This document shows, in pieces, positions 24,765-38,331 of a stretch of 64,000 bases of DNA. The position numbers were made by a program, and so were the translations under genes. Where the stretch lies: contig NC_058368.1 of NCBI RefSeq assembly GCF_018350175.1, forward strand, positions 147,624,001 to 147,688,000. The letters are read 5' to 3'. Position 1 is the stretch's first letter, and each line of letters begins with the position of its first letter. This DNA is from Felis catus (lineage: Eukaryota). The notes under the pieces were generated by a model, which was not told the DNA's origin, ran no database searches, and saw nothing but the letters and a program-made list of their open reading frames with translations.

Positions 24765-25745
24765 TATTACCTAAGACAAACACAGCTAAACATTAGATAA
24801 AGTGGTGAAAATAGATTTTATTCGTTAAGTGCTGACAGTAGGGGAAAGAGCTGAACCTCATTCCCATTTGTGCAAAAGTGATTGGGAGTTTTAAAGGGAG
24901 AATGGAATGGGGATGGTGCGCAGGAGTGCAGCAGGGTCAGAGAAATGAAAAATTACAAAGTATAAATGAGATTAGGCAGGTTGCATTTGCTAAACTGTCA
25001 GTTATCAGGTTTAGGATTCTATCCTCTCACAGTTATTGGGATAAAGAGGCCCTATAGTTCCTAATGATTACATTTCAAAGGAATGGATCTCGGAATCTTA
25101 AAGATCTTAAAGACTCTGACTTTTAAGGGATACATATCCTCAGTTCTAAGTCATTTTTAAACAAAATTATTTCTTTAAATTCAAGTTAGTTAACCTACAG
25201 TGTAGTAGGAGTTTCAGGAGTAGAACCCACTGATTCATCACTTACATATAACATTCAGTTCTCATCCCAAGAAGTGTCCTCCTTAATGCCCATCACCCTT
25301 TTAGCCCATCCCCCACCCACCTCCCTTCCAGCAACTGTCAGTTTGTTCGCTGTATTTAAGAGTCTCTTATGGTTTGTGTCCTCTGTTTTTATCTTATTTT
25401 TCTGAAGTCAGTCAGAGAAAGAGGAGTATCATAGGATTTCACTCATATGTGGAATTTAAGAAACAAAACAGATGAACATAGTGGAAGGGACAGGAAAAAA
25501 AAAAGTAAGCCACTTGTAGGAACACTCTAAGAAACTGAGGTCAGGGACTTATGTTCATGTGTTGACTAGAAGGAGCAGCAAATTCTCCTGACAGTGCCCA
25601 GCCTTTTCAGGAACCTATGTAATGGAGGGCTCAGGTCATCTGAGGGACACACCCTTGTGCTGCTAGAAGTCATGATAGAAGCCATTTTTCAGGGCAAAGA
25701 TTTACAGCACATTATTATGTGTCGAGAGTTCTGCAGTTCTCTTCA
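24765..25745 (-). mobile_element. Probable solo ERV LTR (about 630 bp without its nested L1)
   Basis: Cleanly interrupts colinear L1 sequence; minus strand begins TG (tgaagagaactgcag) and has AATAAA near its 3' end (plus tttatt about 24818); family not identified; no clear TSD. Confidence 0.6.
25160..25504 (-). mobile_element. Short carnivore L1 3' end with 5' inversion, nested in the LTR
   Basis: Antisense 3' UTR about 25160-25402 joined to sense segment 25403-25504. Confidence 0.88.
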
Positions 25746-26117
25746 GCGTTGAGTGTGAGCTCCTGTTGCTCTCCATCCTCACTGGCATTTGGTGTTGGCA
25801 GAATTCTAGACTGTAGCCATTTTTAAGTGTGTATCGGTACCTTGTGGTTTTAGTTCATATTTGCTTGATGACATACGATGAACATCTTTTCATAGGCCTT
25901 TTACCACCTATACATCTTTTTTGGTGAGATAGTATTTCGGGTCTTATGCCTGCTTTTACATCAGGTTGTTCTTTTTATTGCTGAACTTTAATAGATCTTT
26001 GTAGATTTTGATTAATTGTGTTTTATTGGTTAGGTATCTTTTGTAAATACTACTTCCCAGGCTGTGGCTTCTCTTTTCATTCTCTTGATATTGTCTTTCA
26101 CAGACTAGAAGTTACTG

Positions 26118-26242
26118 TTTTTTAAGTAGGCTCCACACCCAGCTTGGAGCCCAATGCAGGGCTTGAACTCACAACCCTGGGATCAAGACCTGAGCTGAGA
26201 TCAAGAGTCGGATGCTTAACCAACTGAGCCACACAGGTGCCC
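26118..26242 (-). mobile_element. Short CanSINE
   Basis: gggcttgaactcacaaccctgggatcaagacctgagctgag...cttaaccaactgagccacacaggtgccc. Confidence 0.9.
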
Positions 26243-26898
26243 TTATTAAGTTTTTAATTTAATGAAGTCCAACATATTATTTCTTTCATAGACCATGCCT
26301 TTATGTATCTCAAAAAGTCATTGCCATACCCAAGGTTGTCTAAATACTCTCTTATGTAATCTTCCAGGAGTTTCATAGTTTTGCTAAAGATCCGGAATAG
26401 CAACCCCAATACTGAGAAGAATAGTCAGAAAACTGACACTACCGGACTTTAATAATTACTATAAACTGACAGTCATCAATGCAGTGTGATCCGGGCGTAA
26501 GAATAGACAAATAGATGAGTGGAACAGACCCATGTAAGTATAATCAACTGAGGGGCAAAGATAATGCAATGAATAAATTAACAATCTTTTCAACATATAG
26601 TGCTAGACCAACCAAACATGAGCAAAAAAAATAAATCTAGACACAGAATCTATACTCTTCACAAAAATTAACTTAAATTAGATTTTAGGCTGAAATTAAC
26701 AAAAGAATTATCTTCAAGAAAATATTGATCTCTTTAAATGTATGTGGCAGTTCTTTTTATGCCCAGGCTTCCTACTCCCAAATCTTGAGAATATTTTTTT
26801 ATAATATTGGGATTATCTTGTTCTTCAGTGTTTGACAGGATTCTCAATAAAATTGTTTGGATTTTATCTTTATTTCAGCAAAAATTATTTAATTTCTT

Positions 26899-27050
26899 GG
26901 GGCACTGGAGTGGCTCAGTTGGTTCAGCATCCAACTTCAGCTCAGGTCATGATCTCTCTGTTCATGAGTTCAAGTCCTGCATTGGGTTCTGTGCTGACAG
27001 CTCAGAGCCTAGAGCCTGCTCTGGATTCTTTGTGTATGTGTGTGTGTATA

Positions 27051-27132
<82 letters not shown>

Positions 27133-27180
27133 CCTCCCCTACTTGTGCTCTATCTCAAAAATAAATGATTACACTTTAAG
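26899..27180 (+). mobile_element. CanSINE with expanded (TG)n(TC)n microsatellite (about 27030-27130)
   Basis: SINE head and tail; TSD aaaattatttaatttctt 26881-26898 / aaaaatttttaatttctt 27181-27198. Confidence 0.92.
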
Positions 27181-27419
27181 AAAAATTTTTAATTTCTTAA
27201 CCTTTTATAGCTAATCAGGCTTTACCCCACCCTTGAACCATTTTTAGTAAGTTATATTTCCCTGGGATGTTGCGATTTCTATCCAGAATTTCAATTTTAT
27301 GTATTAATCTGTTCACAATGGGTCTTTTTAAAAGTGTGCTATATCTACAGTTGTATTTTAATTCCAAAAATATTTGTGGTTTTTTCTCTCATTATTAATG
27401 TCTGAATTGTTATTTTTTA

Positions 27420-27700
27420 TGTATTAATCTAGCTTCTCCCAGAAGCAGATAAGAAGATGGAAATAAACATGCAAGAGTTTTATTAAAGGAAACGCCTATG
27501 TAAGAGAAAATAGGGAGGGGGATGTGAAAATCTGAGAAAGCTGTCAGACCACAGTGCAAGTCTGAAAACAAGAAAAGAGGAGGAGCAAAGTTTCCTAAGC
27601 TGCTATCCAGTCTTTAAAAAAAAGATATGGCAAAGCCTTTGAGGGGTTCCTTGAGCTTAAGTCTGCCGTGAGAAGAGTTCCAGTTCCTCTAGTTGGACGC
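27420..27700 (-). mobile_element. Ancient ERVL LTR remnant (LTR16/LTR33-like)
   Basis: cccagaagcagat...tgcaagagttttatt...gctgtcagaccacagtgcaagtctga; recalled similarity. Confidence 0.5.
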
Positions 27701-28514
27701 CTGTGAGGTTCATTCTCATCGCTGCTATAATTAGTCTCTGCAAAGAACCAGTTTTCTTGTTTGTTAATTCTATCTCACTTCATTTGCAATTTCATCATCT
27801 CTCCTCTAAACTCTATTATTTCCATTTTTCCTAAAAAACACCTAGTGTTTTTTCTAAAGTGTGATTCTTGCTGAATCTCATAAAGTTTTATACATGAAGC
27901 TTTATCGTGCAACTTTAAGAATTTTCTAATTTTTACCATGATTTCTATTATGGCCATTACGTATTTGGAGATTTTTCAAGTTTACTACTTTTTTAAAAGT
28001 TGACATTTGGTCCAGAAGTCAACAAACGTCTTGAATAGAAACCATATAAATTCTCATTTTTAATTTTTTTTTCCTCTCAGAGTTTTTAATTGCTTAAATA
28101 CTGCATGCTTGATAACTCTGAAGACTTTTTTCTTTTGGTCACCTCAGACTGGTGATAGCAGCATGATCCTTTCATTTGGATTTTAAGTCATTAGCTCCAA
28201 TAGGCAAATGCCGGCAAAGGGGCAAACTTAAGGAGAATTCAAGGCTCATATCAATGTGCTATTGTCCCTTTTCTTAGCCTCTCAAGTCTGGTTGTCATAG
28301 ATATTTCCTAGCAATTTTTAAACATCTCTATGTATGTATGTATGGTATATATGGCTTATAAAGTATAGAGATAAATAATATATAAGGTAAACATTCATCT
28401 CTAAACATATTTTATATGTACAAATCTAATACAACATATATTTTATAAATATATGAATCAGCCTTTTACCCAGTACTCACCTTGTATAACTGCCTTCTAT
28501 TGGAAGGTTAGTTT

Positions 28515-28670
28515 TTTTTTTTTTTTTTTTTAATTATTATTTTTGAGAGACAGAGAGAGGGAGACTCAGAGTCTGAAGAGCAGTCTATGACCTGTCAGGG
28601 CAGAAGCCCACACTGGGCTGAAACTCAGGAACCGTGAGAAGCTTAACCGACTGAGCCACCTAGGTGCCCC
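28515..28670 (-). mobile_element. CanSINE, partly deleted
   Basis: Poly(T), cttaaccgactgagccacctaggtgcccc; degenerate TSD ggaaggttagttt / ggaagcttagttt. Confidence 0.88.
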
Positions 28671-29052
28671 TGGGAAGCTTAGTTTGATACCAGTTATTCT
28701 ATTATGTATATAACCTCAAGTGCGATTTTTAATCCTAATTTCATGCTTTATTTGGTCTTCTCAAGGATACTTTTTTAAATACTTTTTTTTGAAGTATGAT
28801 TGACCAAAATACTTCCTTATATAATATTACTCTTTTTAAATAATTCAAGGACTATAGAAAGTGGTCTTTGATCATTCTTCTTCTCCTGGCTCACACAGTA
28901 GTTTAAACAAATATCTCAGTTCTATGTTTTCTTCCCTTTTTAAGTTATTAGTCATTCTCATGTCACATTTTGTAGTCAATATAGGTTGAGATTTACCAAG
29001 CTGAAAATTTCTTTACTTGCCAAATTTTTCTTGTAGTCAGGACTTCCTTTTA

Positions 29053-29265
29053 GGGGTGCCTGGGTGGTCAGTTGCTTAAGTGTCCAACTTCTACCCAGGT
29101 CATGATTTCATGGTTCGTGGGTTCAAGCCCCATGTTGGGTTCTAGACTGACAGCTCAGAGCCTGGAGCCTGCTTTGAATTCTGTGTCTTCCTCTTTCACT
29201 CTCTGCCCCTCTCCCACTCACACACTGTCTTTGTCTCTCAAAAACAAATGTTAAAAAATTAAAGG
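29053..29265 (+). mobile_element. Older felid CanSINE
   Basis: ggggtgcctgggtggtcagttg head; flanking acttcctttt repeat. Confidence 0.92.
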
Positions 29266-29903
29266 AAAGAACTTCCTTTTCTACTGCTTTCCTACTCCTT
29301 TATATTACTCCTAGAATTTTTAAGATTTTTGAAAACATTTTTTAAATGGACATTTTCTCTTAGTATTTTGGAAAAATTATTCCACTGCCTTTCCAATTCT
29401 GTTTTTGTTACTGTGAATTAAACAGCTAACTCTTACTAGGTAATTTATTTTCTGCCTCTAGTCCCTTTTCTTCATCTTTGGTGTTTAGTTTTAAAATGAT
29501 ATGCATTTATTTTTTTATTGATTTTTTGCAATAACTGTTTGTTGATTTTGAGTGTATATTGCTTCTCAAGAGAAAATACTTAGCCATTACTTCTAAAATG
29601 CCTTTTTTCCCTCATTTATTAGAACTCACTTTTTCAAGTTTCAAAAACCTTCTATTTTCTGACATTCATTTTGGATGTGCATGCTGGATAATTTCTTCAT
29701 ATAGTTCACTAATATTCCTGTAAGCTATTTCAAATATCTTACCTCTAAATTTCTAATTTATAAATATGTACATATGTTTTCAAATCTTTTAATAATTAAA
29801 AATATTTTGACCACCTTAATTATTTACAAATATTAACTAACTTATTTTGCATTGAGTACTTCAGACTTTCAATTCTTGCCTAAAACATTGTGCCATCTTA
29901 CTA

Positions 29904-30585
29904 GCAAACTGGTGCAGCCACTCTGGAAAACAGTGTTGGGTTTCCTGAAAATATTAAAAATAGAATTACCCTATGACCCAGCAATACCTCTACTACGAAT
30001 TTATCTAAAGGATACAGGAGTTCTCATTCATAGGGGCACAAGTACCCCAATGTTTATAGCAGCGCTATCAACAATAGCCAACTTATGGAAAGAGCCCAAA
30101 TGTCCAAAGATGTGTTCTATATATACAATGGAATACTACTTAGCAATGACAAAGAATGAAATCCTGCCGTTTGGAACAACATGGATGAAAATAGAGAGTA
30201 TTATGCTAAGTGAAATACATCAGTCAGAAAAAGACAAATATCATATGCTTTCACTCATATGTAGAATTTGAGAAACTTAACAGAGGACCACAGGGGAAGG
30301 GAAGGAAAAATAAATTGCAAAGAGAGAGGGAGGCAAATCATAAAAGACTCTTAAACAGAGAACAAACGGAGGGTTGATGGGGGAAAAATGGGAGATGGGC
30401 ACTGAGGAGGGCACTTGTGGGGATGAGCACTGGGTACTATATTTAAATGATGAATCAGGAATCTACTCCTGAAGCCTAGACTACACTGTATACGGTGTAT
30501 GTTAGCTAATGTGACAATTATTTTTTAAAAATAATAAACACTTAAACATAAGAAAATAAATTAAAAAATTAAAAAAAATAATTGT
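29904..30585 (+). mobile_element. Feliform/carnivore L1 3' fragment
   Basis: [30 protein letters not shown] open to 30271, then 3' UTR and A-rich tail. Confidence 0.92.
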
Positions 30586-31119
30586 AACTGCCTCCTCCCA
30601 AAAGAATAAAAAAGAAAACTCATCTATTAAATAAAATGCATGCTAAAATACTTGTCAGAGAAATGTAAATCTGAAACTGTAGTCTAATAGGTAACCTGAC
30701 ATACTTTCTTTGTTAATATATTGCTATAATTAAAAACCTGTGAAAATAATAAATTAAGTGAACAAATAAAAAGGTAGGCTGCAACATGATATGCAAATTA
30801 ATTTATTATATTAACATTTTTTATAAATTCCTTTCTGCGATACTTTTACATAGCGTCAGGAAGATAGACACTAGATTTCTATGTGAGCTGCTAAAGCGGC
30901 ATTTACTTTACTTAGTCAAATGGAGATAACGTGGGAGAAATATATATCCATAATATAATTTATACTACACTTAATATAATAAATTAATAAATCATCTTAT
31001 GTACATAGTATTTGGGGAAGATAAAAATGATCTCTATTCTTCAGGAGTTTATATTCTATTCAAAAAGAAAATAGAGTAAAACACTGAGTGGATGTTAGCG
31101 TTGTCATTTAGGTGTGAGG

Positions 31120-31280
31120 CTGTATTTTCTCTAAACCCTGCTATAACAAATGAAGGCAGGTAAGTCAGTTCAACTGTCTTTTAGTGATCTTTCTCATTTG
31201 TCTATGTCATTACTGCCCTACCTAATTCATGGTGTCGTAGTGAGATACAACCTGGTAGTATACAAAATAGTGCCTTATAA
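31120..31280 (+). mobile_element. MIR remnant
   Basis: ggtaagtcagttcaactgtc...ctcatttgtc...ctacctaattcatggtgtcgtagtgagat. Confidence 0.5.
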
Positions 31281-31605
31281 AAATCACAACTATGGTTTTG
31301 ATTTTTATAGTGGAGACATCACTAACACTGTTTCGAAAAAGAAATGAGTTAAGTGTTGCTTTGTCTCTCAGAGAGTAAACCTGAGCCCTTAAGTTTAGTT
31401 ACTCAAGAACAAAACGAAACAAAACAAAAACTTATAAATACATGTGAAAAGGATAATAAACAACTGGTAGGCAGTCTCATTCTGTTTTCAGTTCATAAGC
31501 TAAAGTCTCATTTCCAAAGGCTATCTTGAATATATTTTTATTACAAAGGAGACTGGAGGAGATTAAAGAATGAGCATAATTAATAGAAAACAATGCATCT
31601 CTTCT

Positions 31606-31827
31606 TTTTTTTTTATTTTTTTTTAACGTTTATTTATTTTTGAGACAGAGAGAGACAGAGCATGAACAGGGGAGGAGCAGAGAGAGAGGGAGACACAGAA
31701 TCTGAAACAGGCTCCAGGCTCCGAGGTGTCAGCACAGAGCCCGACACGGGGCTCGAACTCATGGACCGTGAGATCACGACCTGAGCCGAAGTCGGACGAT
31801 TAACCGACCAAGCCACCCAGGTGCCCC
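31606..31827 (-). mobile_element. Felid CanSINE (intermediate-age subfamily)
   Basis: Exact 17-bp TSD aacaatgcatctcttct 31589-31605 / 31828-31844. Confidence 0.96.
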
Positions 31828-33347
31828 AACAATGCATCTCTTCTAAAACCACACCCAACTAGGTAGCCTTTTTTTTGGCTTGGTAAAATTGTACCATACC
31901 ATGCCTCATGGAATGAAGAGTCCAGGGGTCTGTAGGGACACTACGGGCAACTGAGAATGGTGTTCCAAGAGCCTCTTGAGAGAAAAGGGTTGACAATTTA
32001 CCTTTTTCCTTCAACTTCACTACTGATACATTTTTTAGTGACTGAGAAGAAAAAGTTTTACTGATATCGATGAGCAAAAAAGGTACCAAGTCTTCCACTG
32101 TATGAAAGGCAGCGAATGGGCTTTGGTGGTTACCAGAACTCACTTTGCCACCTGGATTATCATGAGAAAAGGCATTATAAGAAGCATGACATTTGGCTGA
32201 ATCCTGAAACATTTCCTGAAAGTTACAGATAATTAATTAGTATTTTTTGATTTAGTGAGTGCGACATATTTCACTATGCATTTCAGGTGACAAATAAGTA
32301 CAAACCCCATCCTCTAAGATCTCACATGCTAAAATAAATGTTATAGATGTTAATTATATTATGAAGCAGAAACTAATAAGCAACAAAATTAGACAATTTA
32401 TATAAAATTAGATTAGCCTTCTACTATTTAAAATTGGGAAAGATTCTACAGATAAAATGGCATTTGAATGGAACTTAAAAAATGTAAAAAGTGGATAGAT
32501 TAGTATAATATAGAGACATAGAGCAAGGCATTTATCACTGAAGATGGTAGATAAGAAGGGAGAAAAAATACAGAAAAGAGATCTGGGTAGCAATGGTAGT
32601 ATTTTTGTCAAGAAAGGCATGTATCAAGTCACAATATGCCTTGAATAGCATTTAAAACTAAAATATTCATTTCTTTTATAATCAGGGCTTGTAAAAGACA
32701 TAAAATAATATAATCTAGCACCATGCCAAACTTGCATTCAATTGAAAGAGTTTATAGTAAGGGTGATCCATTGGGAAGTTTTGTGCCACTGCCCAGACAA
32801 CAAAGACAACGAAGTTGGAAAACAGGAGAGGGGAGGTGGGAATGGTGAAAACATGCTAACGCCAAACATCGTAGAGAAGAAAGATGGCAACTGTATGGTT
32901 TGAACTATACAGAGTCTCTTGTATACCTTGTATACTAACTCTGTCCTGGATTAATTAATTATATTTTCCAACTTTCCTATTCTCTTTTCTGTTCTGCTCT
33001 TTAGTCTTAGACACTTGTCTTACTTACATCATCTTCTCAGTTGGGGGGAGATGATTTTAAAAAACACAATGATACAAAATATATTAAAGGTCTATATTCC
33101 TATCAGAGTTGACTAAAATTTTGATGTCATTTTTAATCTTCTTAAAATAAACATAAAACTGAAAGTTGTATTATTCATCACCCTCCTCATTGCAATTATC
33201 ATGAGTTCTGATATATACAGTTCATATGTCAGTATCCAACACTTTAATAGTTTATATTTCTAATGTACATTTACATATACACAAAAAATCATCTACATCT
33301 TGTCTTTTCACTGAACATTAAGCAACAAACTAAATTATGCCAACAAT

Positions 33348-34030
33348 GCCTATGATCCATCAATTGGTCTTCTTGAAATATAACTAAAGAAGGATGAAAA
33401 CTTATGACCATACAAAAGCCTGCACACATGTTTATAGCAGGTTTATAAAGGATTGTGAAAACATGGGAACAATCAAGATGCCCTTCAGTAGGTGAATGGA
33501 AAAACTGTCGTACATGTAGAAAATGTAGTATTACTCACTGCTAAAAGAATCAGCTATCAAGCTATAAAAAGATATGGAGAAAACTGAAAATACGAATTAC
33601 TAAGTGGAAAAAGCCAATTTGTAGAGGCTACATATTGTAAGATTGTAAGGAAATACTGTGGAGACAGTAAAAACAAACAAACAAACAAACAAACAAACAA
33701 ACAAACAAAAAGATAATAGTTGCCAGGGGCTGGGGGAATAGAGGATATATAAATGGAATATAAGATTTCCAGGGCAGTGGAACTACTCTGTATGACACTA
33801 TAATGATTATTAACAACACTAAGAATGAACCTAATATAAACTACAGACATTATATAACAATATTGTATCAATGTAAGTTCATCGATTATAACAAATATAC
33901 CACTCTGTTGGAAGATGTTGATAATGAGTGAGGCTGTGCACATACTTGTAAAGGCAGAAAGTATATGAAAAATCTCTCTGTCTTCTGGTCAATATTGCCA
34001 TGAGCCTAAAACTGCTTTAAAAAATAGTCT
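33348..34030 (+). mobile_element. L1MC1/2-like 3' end with an (AAAC)n tract at about 33670-33710
   Basis: aaaacttatgaccatacaaaagcctgcacac...ttccagggcagtggaactactctgtatgacacta...gagcctaaaactgctttaaaaaatagtct. Confidence 0.85.
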
Positions 34031-34689
34031 AGGTAAGGGGGGGAGGAATAAAGTCTAGTAACACACATACACACATGCATGCACACATACACAGATGATG
34101 CCAGGGTTTGAGTCTTGATTACTGAGAGATGGTACAGTCAACAGAAATAATGGTAGAAAAAGGAAAAAAGAGGGCCATGTTGGGATGAGGAGCTGTGTTC
34201 AAAGATCACGGGGGATGTGTGTTAAAGTCAATGTGCTGGCAACACATCTCGGTGGAAGGGCACATAAGAAAGGTGGAAATGTGAAACTCGATTTTCAGAA
34301 ATACATCAGAACTTTATGGAAGTTATTCTCAATAGAAGTAACTCAATGGAGCCATTTACAATTTTGTATTTTAAAACTACTATTCAGACTTCAAAGTTTT
34401 CCAGGCCTTTCATTTCCTAGACTTATGACTGAAGGAAAAAAAAAATCAAACTAGGTAAAATCCCCTTGATATATGTAGACCATTCTAATGTATTTTAATA
34501 AAAATTAGGGTTTCCTTAAGTTGAGACTAAACTTTAAAATTCCTCTGCCTAGTTTCAAAGTCAAGAGATATTATCATTTTTATATGAGCTACCAATATAA
34601 CAATAAATAGTTGCTCTGAAGTATTATACTAAAAATGAATTATGCCCTCAAAACAGGTAACAGGCCCTGTTTTCTTTTGAGAACTTTTT

Positions 34690-34944
34690 TTTTAATTTTT
34701 TAATTTTTTTTATTTTTTATTTTTTTTAATTTTTTTTTCAACGTTTTTTATTTATTTTTGGGACAGAGAGAGACAGAGCATGAACGGGGGAGGGGCAGAG
34801 AGAGAGGGAGACACAGAATAGGAAACAGGCTCCAGGCTTCGAGCCATCAGCCCAGAGCCTGACGCGGGGCTTGAACTCACGGACCGCGAGATCGTGACCT
34901 GGCTGAAGTCGGACGCTCAACCGACTGCGCCACCCAGGCGCCCC
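34690..34944 (-). mobile_element. Young felid CanSINE
   Basis: TSD ttgagaacttttt 34677-34689 / 34945-34957; long T-rich tail. Confidence 0.96.
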
Positions 34945-37671
34945 TTGAGAACTTTTTAATGTGTGTTTTAACAGGAAAATTTCTTTTCTTTTTTTGCATA
35001 CGTGTAATTTGTTTTCACTTTTGTAGTTTTGTAGCAGAGTTCAATTAGAATTTTATTCACAATCAGGCACATGGTTTTATTTAAGTTATTTAATTCAAAT
35101 GGAAGAGTGTGCCCGAGAAGCCCTTTCCAAATAATTAAAAACTGTCTTTAGTTTAACCCAGATCAAGTGCTTATATTTTAAAACACATGTGAATAGGTTT
35201 CCTAGCAATTACCTGCAATCTGTCCCTGAGCTTTTGACATTAAACAATTAAGCTCTATTTCTTGACTTTCAATTAGTATATTCACTATCCCACTCCATAT
35301 TTGAAAAGTTGATTAATGAATCACCAGAGCAATTTCAATCCTGTCAAAATAAGGGAGAATTCATGATGTTTGTTCTTACCGACTAAATTTTAAATGTTAA
35401 TTCAGTCTCTGAGACAGGGCTTAGTGCGGGATCAGAAAGAAAGATGCAGAGTGGGAGAGAGAAGCGTAGGTGTCTCCAGAAAAGTTCTAGTGGCCATGTT
35501 GAAAGGAGAGTTAGGTGTGGACCTTCCCAGAGAGCTCACAATGCTGCACACAATTTACCTTTTTTTATTATGGTAAAGTTATAGACTATTTTTGACTATT
35601 GAGAGGTTATAAAAATATTTGGTTCAGAAACATTCCCTTCCATGTTTCCCAATACAAAGAATTGCTTTAATGATTCTGTTTGGACATCCGAGGCTGCCTC
35701 CCATCCCTCTAGGAACCAATTACTCATGCTGAAACATTTGTTTGCTGTCATGAAGACCTGGGTTAGGTGACAGAAATCACAGAATTTCAAAAGATTAGCT
35801 GAGACAGAGGAAGAAAATCTTTAAAGAGCCTGGGGGGCAAACATAGAAATAACCCACATGGAAAAACTGAACCAATGATGAAAAATTCCTCCTTTGATGC
35901 TTTACAGAGGCAAAAAAAAAAAAATGTGGAAATCATGTTGCTCAAAATAAAATTTATTTTGTAGTTGTATGAAGCCACTTTCAAGGATTATATACTGTGG
36001 GAGGTGAAAGGTAACAATGGGTTTGTGTAGCAAACGTTTTATCATGGATTCAGATTTACTGATATCACATATGAGAAGATACATGCCACTGACTATTCAG
36101 GGGAGAAATGGAGTTTTCAGAGCATAAATATCAGAAGGTCCCCTACATCTAAAATATTAAATACACTAATGAATGTGAAAGATGAGAATTTCAAAAATTC
36201 ACAAATTCTCTCTAAAAGAGAGACTGGTTCCTCATTTGGGGCTTTGCAAATATAGGAGGGTCAAGTTCTATAGCTCACTGTACTGTTCCCATACAGTCAG
36301 CCAACCTTCTGCTCCCTGCTTATATACCTTGAGGTAACCTATTATGTCCTTGTCTTCCAAACTGCTAGTCTTCAGTGTCTCTGCTTTGGCACCAAAATAT
36401 TTGTGTTAAATGGGAATCACTGATCCTTTAACTTTTTTTCATGAACACATTTTGGCACGGCTATGTGTCCCTTATCTATCCTGTAGCCAAGTCCCAATTT
36501 CTAGTTTTACTGGTTCACTATTGGCTACACTTGCCTTTTGTCCTTTTCCCTGAATGGTCACTTCTTCCCTATGACTCTCTCCACCCCTTCACTTGGCTGA
36601 AAACCAGGTTCTTGTTGTAAAGGAACAAATTCTCTCCACTTCATTTCCTACTCTAGGAGAACATTTCTTTTCCAGAAATGTTTTCCCCAGTTGTCTACTT
36701 CATCGCATTTCTTTGTCTGAAATCCACAATCGTTTCCAAAATAGCAGTTTCCTATAGAGACTGCCCCAAGGAAGTCTTTTTTCTCTGATAGCCTGTGACT
36801 TTACCAAAGAAAAGGCTAATGAACCTGGTCCCTGTTCACCAATTTCAGATTGCTATTCTGTTTTCTTAGTTACTCAAAGGATTCACTGTTTTCAAGTATA
36901 AGATTCCATCATGGAGTCAGATTCTAAATGTTAGAGCATGTCTATTACAGATGTCTCTGCATGGGCATCTCTCTTCCCCCTAATTTCCACAACATCCCTC
37001 TACGTCACTGAACAGTCTCTCTCAACAGAGACTGTAGGCAGTGCTTGGTCTCTCTTTACTCTTTCTTCCTTACCATCTGTTATAGTATTGACTTGTGTAC
37101 CAAAATGACATCAATGGTGAATTGTATACTTTAACATCAGAATTCTCTGACTAAAAATGACTATCATTCTTTGAAAAAGACTCAGATACTTGGATTTAAA
37201 TTTACACCCTCCATTACCACATGATAAAATCTACTGTTAACTACTAAAACCACTCATTTCTATAATTTTTAGAACATTTTTAATATATCAAATGCCTCCT
37301 TTTCAGTAATGGATCACTCCCAGCTCTTCAGTCACGTATGTCATATATTTCCTTACCGCGCTTTCACTATTATGTAATACTAACCAGACCCAAATACATC
37401 CTTACTACCTCTCAGCGGTTCTTTAATTCTTGTTTTCTCCCAACTATATTCCCCACAATGTCTGCTTCAAATCTTTTCTGATGGTACATAACTGTGAATC
37501 AGGGGCCCTGTAATCTTCATCTTTGCTTTTTCCATTTTTTACCAGAGAATGAGATGATTGACAGCATGCTTTCATCAACCCCAACAATCAGAACACTTTC
37601 CATACAATATCTGTGTTTCATCACTTAATTATTTCTTATCTCCTTTCCAAGATAGGTTGATACTCCTCTAC

Positions 37672-37872
37672 TTTTTAAAATTTTTTAATGTTTATTCATT
37701 TTTTGATAGAGAGAGAGAGCTTGAGTGGGAGAGGGAGACACAGAATCCGAAGCAGGCTCCAGGCTCGGAACTGACAGCACAGAGCCCGACGCGGGGCTCC
37801 AGCGCATGGACAGTGAGATCATGACCTGAGCGGAAGCCGGACGCCCAACCGACTGAGCCACCCAAAGTCCCC
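37672..37872 (-). mobile_element. CanSINE
   Basis: gagacacagaatccgaagcaggctccaggctc...aaccgactgagccaccca. Confidence 0.92.
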
Positions 37873-37989
37873 CAACACTCCACTACCTTCTATGGTCTTA
37901 CTTTTATGCCTCCTCCCCACCATGCCCCGTTTTCCCCCTGTAAGCTTTAATGTGACATTTCTCAGGATAAGCTTGGTATAGAGGTGAAG

Positions 37990-38110
37990 AGAATGTGCTC
38001 CAGCATAGGTCATCTGAATTCAGATATTCATGCTGCCATTTATTAAACCAAAGAACAGTTACATAAAACTTGTATCAGCTCCCTCATCTGTACAAGGCAT
38101 TGTACTCCTA
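37990..38110 (+). mobile_element. MIR remnant
   Basis: ctgaattcagat...ctgccatttatt...tcagctccctcatctgtacaagg. Confidence 0.5.
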
Positions 38111-38131
38111 TCAGTGGTGAGCACAGTGTTT

Positions 38132-38331
38132 TCAAAAAAAAAAAATTTAATGTTTATTTCTGAGGGGGGGGAGGGGAAGGGGCAGAGAGAGAGGAAGACA
38201 CAAAATCCGAAGCATTCTCCAGACTCTGAGCTGTTAGCACAGAGCCTGGCTTGGAGCTCGAACCCATGAACCAGGAGATCATAACCTAAGCTGAAATTGG
38301 ACGGTTAACTGACTGAGACACTTGGGTGCCC
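38132..38331 (-). mobile_element. Older CanSINE
   Basis: Antisense SINE body ending taactgactgagacacttgggtgccc. Confidence 0.9.

Larger units (their letters stand above)
24600..26700 (-). mobile_element. Old L1 ORF2 fragment with an inverted 5' segment (about 26390-26700 on +), interrupted by an LTR and a SINE
   Basis: Antisense motifs gtggctgtaccattttgcatt (about 24740) resume at 25746; sense motifs aagaatagacaaatagatgagtggaacaga (about 26500). Confidence 0.75.

Noticed and set aside
31859..32212. 117-aa minus-strand ORF
   Set aside because: No recognisable domain or splice context; its length is compatible with chance.
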